A stretch of 64,000 bases of DNA from Deltaproteobacteria bacterium (GTDB taxonomy: Bacteria; Myxococcota_A; UBA9160; UBA4427): assembly GCA_002719955.1 (NCBI GenBank), contig PBFW01000020.1, forward strand, positions 9,651-73,650. Reading direction: 5' to 3'. Positions 18,059 to 26,215 of the stretch are shown here, piece after piece (within the stretch, counting starts at the first letter, position 1; each line of letters opens with the position of its first letter). The notes beneath the pieces were generated by a model, which was not told where the DNA came from, searched no databases, and saw nothing but the letters and a program-made list of their open reading frames with translations. The translations under genes and the position numbers were made by a program.

Positions 18059-18976
18059 ATGTCGTCGTGCTCTGCCTCGATCGGTCAGGTTCGCGAAATA
18101 TTGCGCTATCCGGTGAAGTCCATGGCGGCCGAGTCGCTGGCGGAGACCTCCGCGACGACGGGCAGGGGACTCATCGGCGATCGGGCCTGGGCGCTGTGGG
18201 ACGTGGTGGCAAAGGAGATCCGGGGCGCCAAGAAGATCCCGTCGCTCCTGGATTGTCGGTCGCGCTACGTCGAAGAGGCGCAGGTCGAGGCATCGGCGGT
18301 AGTCGAGATCGATCTCGGCAAACTCGGTCGCGTGCGCTCTGACGACTCCGAGATCTCCTCGCAGATCAGCCAGAAGATCGGACGCGAAGTCCAGCTCTGC
18401 CCCCGCGCCCCCGCCAGCGAAAGCGCTCACTACCGTCGCGCGGAGCCCGTGACCGATATGGAGAGGGAAATACGAGAGGGGAGCGCATTGCTGCCCGAAG
18501 AGGCGCTTCCCGATTTCGAAGAGCTGCCGACCGATCTATCGATCGTGACGGAATACGTCTCGCCCCCGGGCACCTATTTCGATTTCTTCGACCTTCATCT
18601 CCTCTCGGAGCAATCGCTCGAGAGTCTCGCGCGGCGCGCTCCGGAATCCGTGATCGACAAGGCTCGTTTCCGGCCCAATCTCCTCGTCGACCTCGAAGCG
18701 CTCTCCACGTCGGTCTCGGCGTCGAACAGGTCTGCCGATTGGCCGGAGCTCGAGCTCGTGGGGCGCATCCTGCTCGTTGGCGACGCTGAACTCGAGGTGG
18801 TGATGCCCATGATGCGCTGTGTGATGACGACCCATGCTCAGCCGGGGCTGCCCAAGGACCCGACGATCATGCGGACCCTCGTTCGGGATTGCGAGATGAA
18901 TCTCGGTGTCGGGATTCAGGTCCAGAAGACGGGGCGAATACGCGTGGGCGACGAGATTCGGATCTGCGAAGGTTGA
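18059..18976 (+). CDS. MOSC domain-containing protein (with N-terminal beta-barrel)
   Basis: 305 aa: ...IGQVREILRYPVKSMAAESLAETSATTGRGLIGDRAWALWD... plus a C-terminal ...RFRPNLLVDL...MPMMRCVMTTHAQPGLPKDPTIMRTL..., with the conserved Cys typical of MOSC. Confidence 0.85.
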   Translation: MSSCSASIGQVREILRYPVKSMAAESLAETSATTGRGLIGDRAWALWDVVAKEIRGAKKIPSLLDCRSRYVEEAQVEASAVVEIDLGKLGRVRSDDSEISSQISQKIGREVQLCPRAPASESAHYRRAEPVTDMEREIREGSALLPEEALPDFEELPTDLSIVTEYVSPPGTYFDFFDLHLLSEQSLESLARRAPESVIDKARFRPNLLVDLEALSTSVSASNRSADWPELELVGRILLVGDAELEVVMPMMRCVMTTHAQPGLPKDPTIMRTLVRDCEMNLGVGIQVQKTGRIRVGDEIRICEG

Positions 18977-19025
18977 AACTGCGCGCAGCGCAAAGAAGAA
19001 TTCGAGAATCAGGGAGGGAATAGAA

Positions 19026-19433
19026 ATGTCGATCGAGCGAATCAACCCGGATGGACTCTTCAAGCTGGATGCATTCAGTCAGATCGTGACGGCGACCGGA
19101 GGTGGGCGAATTGCGTTCATCGCGGGGCAGGGTGGCTTCGATGCGGAGTTCAATCTGATCGGCCCGGGTGATCTCCATGCCCAGGTCGTTCAAGCCTTCA
19201 GGAACCTGCGGACTGCGCTCGAGGCGATCGGGGGCAGCATCGATGATATCGTGAGCACGAATATGCTGATCGTTGGGATCGATGCCGAAAAGGTCGAGAT
19301 CTTCGGCAAGGCGATGTCCGAAGCGCTGGACGGCAAGCCCGTGCCGCCGAACGCATCGACGATGATCGGTGTTCAGGGGCTCGCGATGGAGGGGATGTTG
19401 GTCGAGATCAGCGCCGTCGCCGTCGTGCCCTGA
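19026..19433 (+). CDS. RidA/YjgF/L-PSP family reactive-intermediate deaminase
   Basis: In ORF 18906..19433; ATG 19026 follows AGGGAGG. MSIERINPDGLFKLDAFSQIVTATGGGRIAFIAGQGG...HAQVVQAFRNLRTALEAIGGSIDDIVSTNMLIV...GVQGLAMEGMLVEISAVAV. Confidence 0.9.
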   Translation: MSIERINPDGLFKLDAFSQIVTATGGGRIAFIAGQGGFDAEFNLIGPGDLHAQVVQAFRNLRTALEAIGGSIDDIVSTNMLIVGIDAEKVEIFGKAMSEALDGKPVPPNASTMIGVQGLAMEGMLVEISAVAVVP

Positions 19434-19490
19434 TCGGCGGCATCATGGAAGCGCTGAATGAGGGCGCCGAGATGCCTCGGATCTTCTCGA

Positions 19491-20892
19491 TCATCCTTCG
19501 TTCTCATCGAGGTGTGCACGGGCCCATGCCCGACGCTTCTCGCGATCGGGGTCGGAGATGGTGAGGCAAGGGTCGTCGGTGATCATCGTCGGTCGCTCTT
19601 CCAGTGTGTATCGCGGTCAAGGTCCGGTCTCTGGACACGAGGGATCACCGGCGCGTGCGAAGGCCAGCCACGCGGACTGCATGGCCCTGGAAACGCGGAG
19701 CGCCCCGCGCCGTCGCCCGCGACTTTCGAGACCAGATCGGTCGTGCCGAGGGCAAAGGAAATGTCGAGGGCGTGACAAGCGCCCAGCCGTCCCTCGGCCA
19801 TCGGGGAGGTCCAACGATACCGGTACAAATAGGTCGCTGAATCGAGGCTAGCTTGATTCTCCGCCAGTCGTGTGGAGGGCACGAAGAGCCTCGCATTCGT
19901 CACGGCTACGAAGAAACGCTTCTCGTCTTCGAGTTCCGGGCCCGAGTAGAAGGGCATCAGTTTCGTGGCGGCTTCGAGCGCGCGCTCGCGCGGTCTCGGC
20001 AGCCGGCGCGCCAGCGCAGAGGGAATCTGGGCAAGAGGCTCCGGCGGAAATATTTCGCCCAGGTGATGGAGCTGCATCTCGTGTTTGGTGGTTCCCATGA
20101 TCAGCGAAACGTCGCGAGCACATCCCCGGGCGATTGCGTCCAGCGGCGTCTCGGGAATGATCTTCCCGTCCACGACCGGTGCGAAGAACATTCCGATCTG
20201 TCTCGGGCCCGGCTCCTTGCAGAGATCCAGGGTCTCCAGGATTTCGTCCACGCTGCGTCGACGCAGTCCCTCGAGATCGAGTCGGCCCTTGCCCGTGGCT
20301 TCCACGAAGAGTTCAAGGCGTCGGTCTGCCTCCTCCCCCGAGAGGATTCCTTCTGGTGCGGCGCTCTGGATGATCGCCCGATCGAAGAGCCCGTTTGCCC
20401 CCGGCATGCAGAGCCGCGCCACCAGGCTCCCGGCCCCGCGGATTCGCCGAAGACCGTGACCCGGTCTGGATCTCGGCCGAAGGCGGCGATTTCGGTGCGG
20501 ATGAAACGAAGAGTGGCGATCTGATCCTGTAATCCCACATTGGGTGATCCGGCGCCCAGGTGACCAAGGGCTCCGCCTCAGTCGTTGAGCGCGACCACGA
20601 CGACGTCGCCATCGCGCGCGAGACGGCTGCCCTCATAGACGGGCCCTGCGGCAGTTCCGCTCGCGAAAGCGCCTCCGTGGATCCAGACTATGACGGGGCG
20701 CAAGGTCTCCGACGGTTCGGTGGGGCTGAACACGTTCAGGTGAAGGCAATCTTCGTTCTGGGGATGATCGGCCAACAATCCCAGCTCGAGCGAGAGGCCA
20801 CCGACCCGCTGAATCGGAGCGGGGCCCAAACGAGTGGCCTCGCGATTGGGCTTGGACCCGCCTGCTCTGCCCATGTCCTGCCGACCGCTCAT
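19491..20892 (-). pseudogene. type-B carboxylesterase (para-nitrobenzyl esterase-like) disrupted by 2 in-frame TGAs and 2 frameshifts
   Basis: Pieces in three frames carry the family landmarks: EDCLHLNVF...PVIVWIHGGAFASG...VVVALND-TGA(20578-80)-GGALGHLGAGSPNVGLQDQIATLRFIRTEIAAFGRDPDRVTVFGESAG. A frameshift at about 20430 follows, then ...LFDRAIIQSAAP...GACHALDISFALG. A second frameshift at about 19700-19720 gives ...MQSAWLAFARAGDPSCPETGP-TGA(19617-19)-PRYTLEERPTMITDDP...*. The N-terminus upstream of 20892 also looks eroded. Confidence 0.8.
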
Positions 20893-21088
20893 CCGGTCAC
20901 CTTCGAGGGCGACAGGCTAGCCCCTTGCGCGCGCGGGTCAGATCTCGAGTGGGAAGGCCTGGGGTCGATGTGGTCGGCCCGGTTGTGCAGGGCCCGGGAG
21001 TGGGAGATCGTAGGGATCGTCGCGCGGCCGCAGATCGCTTCGCGGGATGATCCCGAAACCTGTTCGAAATGACTTCGCGAACTCGAAG

Positions 21089-21568
21089 ATGAAGACCTCT
21101 CATATCCTGATCAAGCTTACCGAGTGGATGCCCTGGCTACCGATGGCGATCGTGAAGTGCCAGCGTTGGGTCTACGACGCGAGCGGCGGCCGGATCATGA
21201 CGACGATCGAGGGGTCTCCGATCTGCGTTGTGACGATGACCGGTGCGCGCAGCGGCAAGCGATACAAATGGCCCCTGATGTACGTGCCCTACGAAGACGG
21301 TGTCCTGCTCGTGGCTTCGCGTGGCGGTGCCGCCACGAATCCAAAATGGTACTACAACCTGCGTGCCCATCCGGAGATCGAGGTCCACACCCGCGGACGC
21401 CGGATCCGCGTGAGGGCGCGTCAGGCGAGTTCAGAAGAGAAAGAGAGGCTCTGGCCGATCTGCGTCGAGGCCTACCCGTCCTACGGCGACTACCAGGGTT
21501 GGTCGACCCGTGATATCCCCGTCTTCGTCTGTCTCCCGAGCGCACAAGAAGAAGGAAGAGACCGATGA
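21089..21568 (+). CDS. nitroreductase-family deazaflavin (F420)-dependent oxidoreductase (DDN-like)
   Basis: In ORF 21047..21568; ATG at 21089. ...VVTMTGARSGKRYKWPLMYVPYEDGVLLVASRGGAATNPKWYYNLRAHPEIEVHTRGRRIRVRARQASSEEKERLWPICVEAYPSYGDYQGWSTRDIPVFVC matches the DDN-family signature. Confidence 0.85.
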   Translation: MKTSHILIKLTEWMPWLPMAIVKCQRWVYDASGGRIMTTIEGSPICVVTMTGARSGKRYKWPLMYVPYEDGVLLVASRGGAATNPKWYYNLRAHPEIEVHTRGRRIRVRARQASSEEKERLWPICVEAYPSYGDYQGWSTRDIPVFVCLPSAQEEGRDR

Positions 21569-22749
21569 ACGATGAGTTCATGCTCTTTCCGGAGATCGAC
21601 TTTGCCTGGAACGAAGTGCTGGATCTTCACGCGCTCCTCGCGAAGGCACGCGAGAGCGGGCCGGTCGTGCGGATCCGCTACCACGACAAGCCGGCCTATC
21701 TGGTATTGAGCCACGAAGCCGTGGGTGCTGGACTCTCGGACGAAGAGCATTTCCCCTCGCCCGCATTCCACACGAAATGGTCGATGCCGACGATGGGTCG
21801 GACCCTTCAATGCATGACGGGTGACGAGCATCGACGCACGCGCAGCCTGGTCAATTCTGCGTTTCGCCCATCCGTCATGAAACGCGCGGTCGAAGGTCTG
21901 CTCGAGCCCGTCGCTCATCAGCTGATCGACGATTTTGTGGCCGACGGACACGTCGAGATCATCGAAGGTTTCGCGCACCGCTACCCCGCGAAAATCATCA
22001 TGCGAATGCTCGGGCTTCCGGATCACGATGAGACGATGGTCCTGCGTTGGGCGCTCGATCTGATCAACTATCCCTGGCAGCCCAACGAGGCGCTCCAGTC
22101 CTCGCGCGAGTTCACAGCCTATCTCGCTGAGGTCGTTCGCGAACGTCGGCTGGAGCCCCGAGAAGATCTGCTCTCCGAGTTGTGCAGGGGCGAGGTGGAC
22201 GGCGACCGACTCTCGGACGAGGAGATCTTCTCGCTCGTTCGCCTGCTCTTTCCGGCGGGTGCCGACACGACCTACAAGGCGCTCGGGAGTTTCTGTTGGG
22301 CCGTTCTGACGCAGACTGAACTTTCGGGCGAAGTCGCCAGCGATCCGGCGTTGCGATCGTCACTGATCGAGGAAACGCTTCGCTGGGAGCCGCCGATCGC
22401 CTTGCAACCGCGCACGGCGAGGGGGCAGCCCTTCTCCTGGTTCGGAGCCGAAATTCCTGCGGATGCGGCCATTTTGCTCGCGATCACGGCGGCCAATCGC
22501 GATCCGGAGATCTTCAGTGACCCGGATCGTTTCGACCCGGAAAGAAATGCGCGCAGCATCCTGACCTTCGGTCGGGGAACGCATTTCTGTCTCGGGACGC
22601 ATCTCGCGCGCCGCGAGATGGATGTGGCCACGAAGGCGATCTTCGAAAGGTGTCGAGGATTGCGACTCGCGGCGTCCGAACCCGTGGAGGTAGTGGGCGC
22701 GATCCTGCGTGGACCGAAGGCGCTTCACGTGGAATTCGAGGCGGCTTGA
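21565..22749 (+). CDS. cytochrome P450
   Basis: 394 aa. The start overlaps the upstream stop (ATGA). Signatures: the I-helix ...LLFPAGADTTYKAL, EETLRWEPP (ExxR), and the haem-binding loop FGRGTHFCLGTHLARRE. Confidence 0.95.
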   Translation: MNDEFMLFPEIDFAWNEVLDLHALLAKARESGPVVRIRYHDKPAYLVLSHEAVGAGLSDEEHFPSPAFHTKWSMPTMGRTLQCMTGDEHRRTRSLVNSAFRPSVMKRAVEGLLEPVAHQLIDDFVADGHVEIIEGFAHRYPAKIIMRMLGLPDHDETMVLRWALDLINYPWQPNEALQSSREFTAYLAEVVRERRLEPREDLLSELCRGEVDGDRLSDEEIFSLVRLLFPAGADTTYKALGSFCWAVLTQTELSGEVASDPALRSSLIEETLRWEPPIALQPRTARGQPFSWFGAEIPADAAILLAITAANRDPEIFSDPDRFDPERNARSILTFGRGTHFCLGTHLARREMDVATKAIFERCRGLRLAASEPVEVVGAILRGPKALHVEFEAA

Positions 22750-22763
22750 GGGCCGGGGCTTCC

Positions 22764-23618
22764 ATGTTCGAGATCGCCAGGACCACATCGCTTACGGTGC
22801 TGCGAAAGGTTCCGACGGGGTGGATGCTCGGAGCAGACGATCGCGAGGTGCTGCTCCCGACGCGTTTCGTACCAGAGGGGACGAAGCGCGGCGATCGGCT
22901 CGAGGTCTTTCTGTATACGGATTCGGAAGATCGTCCGATCGCGACGACGGCGAGGCCGCTCGCGCAGGCGGGTGAGTTTGCCGGACTTCGGGTCGCCTCG
23001 GTGAACTCGACTGGCGCTTTTCTCGACTGGGGGCTTCCGAAGGATCTGCTCTTGCCCTTTCGGTCTCAGCTCGGGCGACTTCGGCCCGGACAACGGGTCG
23101 TGGTCTACGTCGATTGCGATTCGGTCTCCGGTCGACCGGTTGCGTCCGCCAAGGTCGAGCGCTTTCTCGAAATCCCACCCGAGCAATTGCGTGAGGGCCA
23201 GGCGGTTGAGATTCTCGTCTATGAGGAGACCGAGCTGGGTGCAAAAGCGATCGTCGACGGCCGCTTCGGAGGACTGCTCTATGCCGATTCGGGCAGGAGC
23301 CAGCTCGAGATTGGTGTCGCGGCTGGCGGGTACATCGATCGTATCCGTCCGGATGGGAAGGTCGATCTCTCTCTCGCACCCAGGGGTCGGGCGGGGGCGG
23401 AGCAGGCGAGGGAGATCCTCTTGCGAGCGCTCGAGCGGGCTGGCGGACGTCTCGAACTCTCGGATGGGAGTTCGCCCGAGGAGATTCGTCGGGAACTCGG
23501 CCTCAGCAAGAAGGCTTTCAAGCGGGCGGTCGGTGCGCTCTACCGAGAGCGGCGTATTCGTCTTGAGGATTTATCGATCGAGTGGACGGATTCGGGGAAG
23601 AAGGGCGGCGAAATGTGA
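22764..23618 (+). CDS. S1-like RNA-binding domain protein, CvfB/YitL family
   Basis: In ORF 22650..23618; ATG at 22764. ...GWMLGADDREVLLPTRFVPEGTKRGDRLEVFLYTDSEDRPIATT...GAFLDWGLPKDLLLPF...RPDGKVDLSLAPRG... plus a winged-helix-like C-terminus ...LGLSKKAFKRAVGALYRERRI. Confidence 0.85.
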   Translation: MFEIARTTSLTVLRKVPTGWMLGADDREVLLPTRFVPEGTKRGDRLEVFLYTDSEDRPIATTARPLAQAGEFAGLRVASVNSTGAFLDWGLPKDLLLPFRSQLGRLRPGQRVVVYVDCDSVSGRPVASAKVERFLEIPPEQLREGQAVEILVYEETELGAKAIVDGRFGGLLYADSGRSQLEIGVAAGGYIDRIRPDGKVDLSLAPRGRAGAEQAREILLRALERAGGRLELSDGSSPEEIRRELGLSKKAFKRAVGALYRERRIRLEDLSIEWTDSGKKGGEM

Positions 23619-24250
23619 AAGATGACCCGTATTCGATCGATCCCGCCCAGCGGACGACCATCCTGGCCCACTACTATCGAGCGATGGTCGGTCGAGCCGA
23701 CATCTGGCGAACGCGCCTGGATGCGACGACGAACTGGGCCATCGGCGCGACTGCGGCGATTATTTCCTTCACCCTGGGCAACGATCAGGTTCCCCATTAT
23801 GTGGTCTTCATCGCGCCCCTGATGACCTGCAGTTTCCTGCTCCTCGAGGCCCGCCGGCTCACGTTCTATCATCTCTGGCAACAGCGCGTGCTCCTGCTCG
23901 AAGAGGGATTGATGCGCCCCGCGCTCTCCGCTGCGGCCGAAGGGAGTTTCGACCTGTCGGCGTCGCTCGAGGGTCATCTCGGCCGCACGATTCCCACGAC
24001 GCCGCTCGCGAAGGCCGTCGCGCGTAGGCTCTGACGGGTCTCTCTCTATCTCTTCGCGGTTCAGCTGCTCGCCTGGACACTGAAACTCGTCGATCATCCG
24101 ACGCCCGCGAAGTCGATCGCGACGGTCGTCGAACGGGCGGATCTTGGCTTCTTGTCCGGCTGAGGGGTGATTGCCGGGGGAGTGGTTCTGGTGGTGATGG
24201 TGCTGATCGTCTCGATCCTGCGAGTTGGCATCGATCGCGATCCGGCCTGA
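23615..24250 (+). pseudogene. DUF2270-like integral membrane protein gene interrupted by two in-frame TGAs (24032-24034, 24161-24163)
   Basis: The GTG at 23615 overlaps the cvfB-like stop (GTGA). ...ILAHYYRAMVGRADIWRTRLDATTNWAIGATAAIISF...LEARRLTFYHLWQQRVLLLE...AVARRL-TGA-RVSLYLFAVQLLAWTLKLVDHPTPAKSIATVVERADLGFLSG-TGA-GVIAGGVVLVVMVLIVSILRVGIDRDPA*. The parts after each TGA keep the frame, the codon bias and TM-helix character. Confidence 0.6.
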
Positions 24251-24292
24251 ACCAGCCTGTGCGGCGCTGTCGTGCGGTAGGCTAGGAGGCCG

Positions 24293-25144
24293 ATGACCGA
24301 TTCGTCTTCCATGCCCGAACCTCCCGTCCCCCCGCGACCCGCCGCCACCGTCATGCTCGTGCGTGACGGCCGCGCCGGCGTCGAAGTCTTCCTCATGGAG
24401 CGCAGTCACGTCGGGATCTTTGGTGGCTTGCACGTCTTTCCGGGCGGGAAGGTCGACCTCGCAGATCACGCCGAGGGCTGGGCCGCGAGGGCCTGCGGCC
24501 CAGACGATGTCGGGGCGAATCGCCTGCTGGGTGTGGAGGCGGGTGGCTTCGGCTTCTGGGTGGCTTGTATTCGCGAGTGTTTCGAAGAGGCCGGTGTGCT
24601 CCTCGCGACGGATGAGAGTGATGAGCCGGTCGGATTCCATTCGGCCGAGATTCGCAAGCGGTTCGGTGTGTGGCGGGATCGGTTGAACGCGGGCGAAGCC
24701 GGCGTGTTCGAAGAAATGTGCGCGGGCGAGAGGCTCCGACTCGCAACGGATCAGCTGGCCTATGTGTCTCATTGGATCACGCCGGTCGACCAGCCGAAGC
24801 GCTACGACACGCGCTTTTTCGTGGCGCGGGCGCCCAGCGAACAGGAGGCCCTCCACGATGGCTACGAGACCGTCGAAAGCGCCTGGATCCGGCCCGAAGT
24901 GGCGCTCGCCCGCTTTGCGGCGGGCAAGCTGAACATGATTTCGCCGACGCTCAAGAATCTCGAATCGATCGTGAGCTATGCGACGACCGAAGCATTGATC
25001 GAGGCCAAACGCCGGGTCGATCCGTCTACGATCCCGACGATTCTTCCACGGATCGTGCGGTCCACTTCGCAGCCATCGGACTCGAATCTATTCGAGGAGT
25101 TGCTCGAGGTCGTGGGCTATGGCGGTCGACTCTCGGAGTGCTGA
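24293..25144 (+). CDS. NUDIX hydrolase family protein
   Basis: 283 aa; AGGAGG lies upstream. ...AATVMLVRDGRAGVEVFLMERS...FPGGKVD...ACIRECFEEAGVLL (Nudix box GX5EX7REUXEEXGU-like). Confidence 0.85.
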   Translation: MTDSSSMPEPPVPPRPAATVMLVRDGRAGVEVFLMERSHVGIFGGLHVFPGGKVDLADHAEGWAARACGPDDVGANRLLGVEAGGFGFWVACIRECFEEAGVLLATDESDEPVGFHSAEIRKRFGVWRDRLNAGEAGVFEEMCAGERLRLATDQLAYVSHWITPVDQPKRYDTRFFVARAPSEQEALHDGYETVESAWIRPEVALARFAAGKLNMISPTLKNLESIVSYATTEALIEAKRRVDPSTIPTILPRIVRSTSQPSDSNLFEELLEVVGYGGRLSEC

Positions 25145-25212
25145 GCTGCAGGTCGATCGGGCCAGAATCCCGTCGGTCGACTCGCGAAGCGGTGGTCGTT
25201 GGGAGAGAGGAA

Positions 25213-25330
25213 TCAGCTGCCGCCGGCTTTTGTTCCGGCGTCGCCCGGATTGTCGTGTCCCGTGACGAAGCTATGCAGGTTCGAGGCCAGGAAGAGAGTG
25301 GCCTGTCCCCGTTCTTTCCACCAGCCAGTC
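25213..25330 (-). pseudogene. 3' remnant of a short-chain dehydrogenase gene
   Basis: The minus frame ending at the stop (plus tca 25213-25215) reads ...GQATLFLASNLHSFVTGHDNPGDAGTKAGGS*. This resembles the SDR C-terminus (FLASD.ASFVTGQ...VDGG). Nothing SDR-like continues upstream. Confidence 0.25.
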
Positions 25331-25480
25331 GGTCCACCGTCGCCCTGAGGGGCACTACTCCTCGCTCCCCCCTGCCGTCGCACGCGGTGGCCTAGCAGGC
25401 TGAGGAAAAGCCCTCCTTTTCATGGTAGGAGATGAGGCGATTTGTGCGTTATGCGTGGAGACGCTCGCGACTAGGGTTCG

Positions 25481-26215
25481 ATGTTTAGTTATGTGTCGTT
25501 GGAGGCACGGATCCCTTCGGATCATCCGCTTCGACAGATGCGAACCATGGTGGATCGGGCCTTGGAGTCGATCTCGGCGGGGTTCTCGGAGCTGAGCCCG
25601 ACGATGGGGAGGCCTGCAATCCCACCGGAACGGCTGCTTCGCGCCCTTCGTGTGCAGATCCCGTTCTCAGCCCCCAGCGAACGTCAGTTGATGGAGCAGC
25701 TCGAGTACAACCTGCTCTAACCGCTGCTTCGTCGGGCTCGGCATGGATGATCCGGTCTGGGATCCGACGACGTTCGGGAAGAACCGGGATCGGTTGCTGG
25801 AAGGCGACGTTGCGCGGGCCTTCTTCGACACCGTGCACGAGTAGGCCTCCGAGAAGAAGCTCTTGTCGTCGAACCACTTCACCGAGGACGGGACGCTGAT
25901 CGAGGCTTGGCGAGCACAAGAGCTTTCAGCCGAAGAAGGACAAGAACGGCCAGAGCCAGTGGGGTTCCGGTGGTGGAGGCTCTCGTAACGAGACGGTCTC
26001 CTGCCATGGCCAGAAGCGCTTGAACGACACGCAGGACTCTGTCGATGCGTGTCGGTCCCTTGCGGTCACGCCCCACGTGGCGCAGAACACGTCGAACCGG
26101 TCGAGCCGGATCGACGGTCGATCGACGCGACACGGGGGCTACGCGGTCAGTCAGCGCCGCCGGAAGCGGGTCGAAGAGGTCTTTGGTTGGACGAAGACGG
26201 GCGGTCTGCTAGCGC
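25481..26215 (+). mobile_element. degraded IS5/IS1182-family transposase gene (frameshifts, stops, internal deletion of the DDE core)
   Basis: The N-terminal domain is intact (MFSYVSLEARIPSDHPLRQMRTMVDRALESISAGFSELSPTMGRPAIPPERLLRAL...SERQLMEQLEYNLL*). It then continues in other frames: ...CFVGLGMDDPVWDPTTFGKNRDRLLEGDVARAFFDTVHE*, ...LLSSNHFTEDGTLIEAW..., GGGGSRNETVSCHGQKRLNDTQDSVDA. From there it jumps straight to the C-terminal motif ...VTPHVAQNTSNRSSRIDGRSTRHGGYAVSQRRRKRVEEVFGWTKTGGL. I could not define the inverted repeats. Confidence 0.8.

Noticed and set aside
24032-24163. Selenocysteine at the two TGAs of the DUF2270-like gene, and at 7075, 19617 and 20578
   Set aside because: There is no neighbouring Cys or redox motif. 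The positions correspond to expected Arg/Trp rather than Cys, and the carboxylesterase also carries frameshifts. Nonsense mutation or sequence error is more parsimonious.
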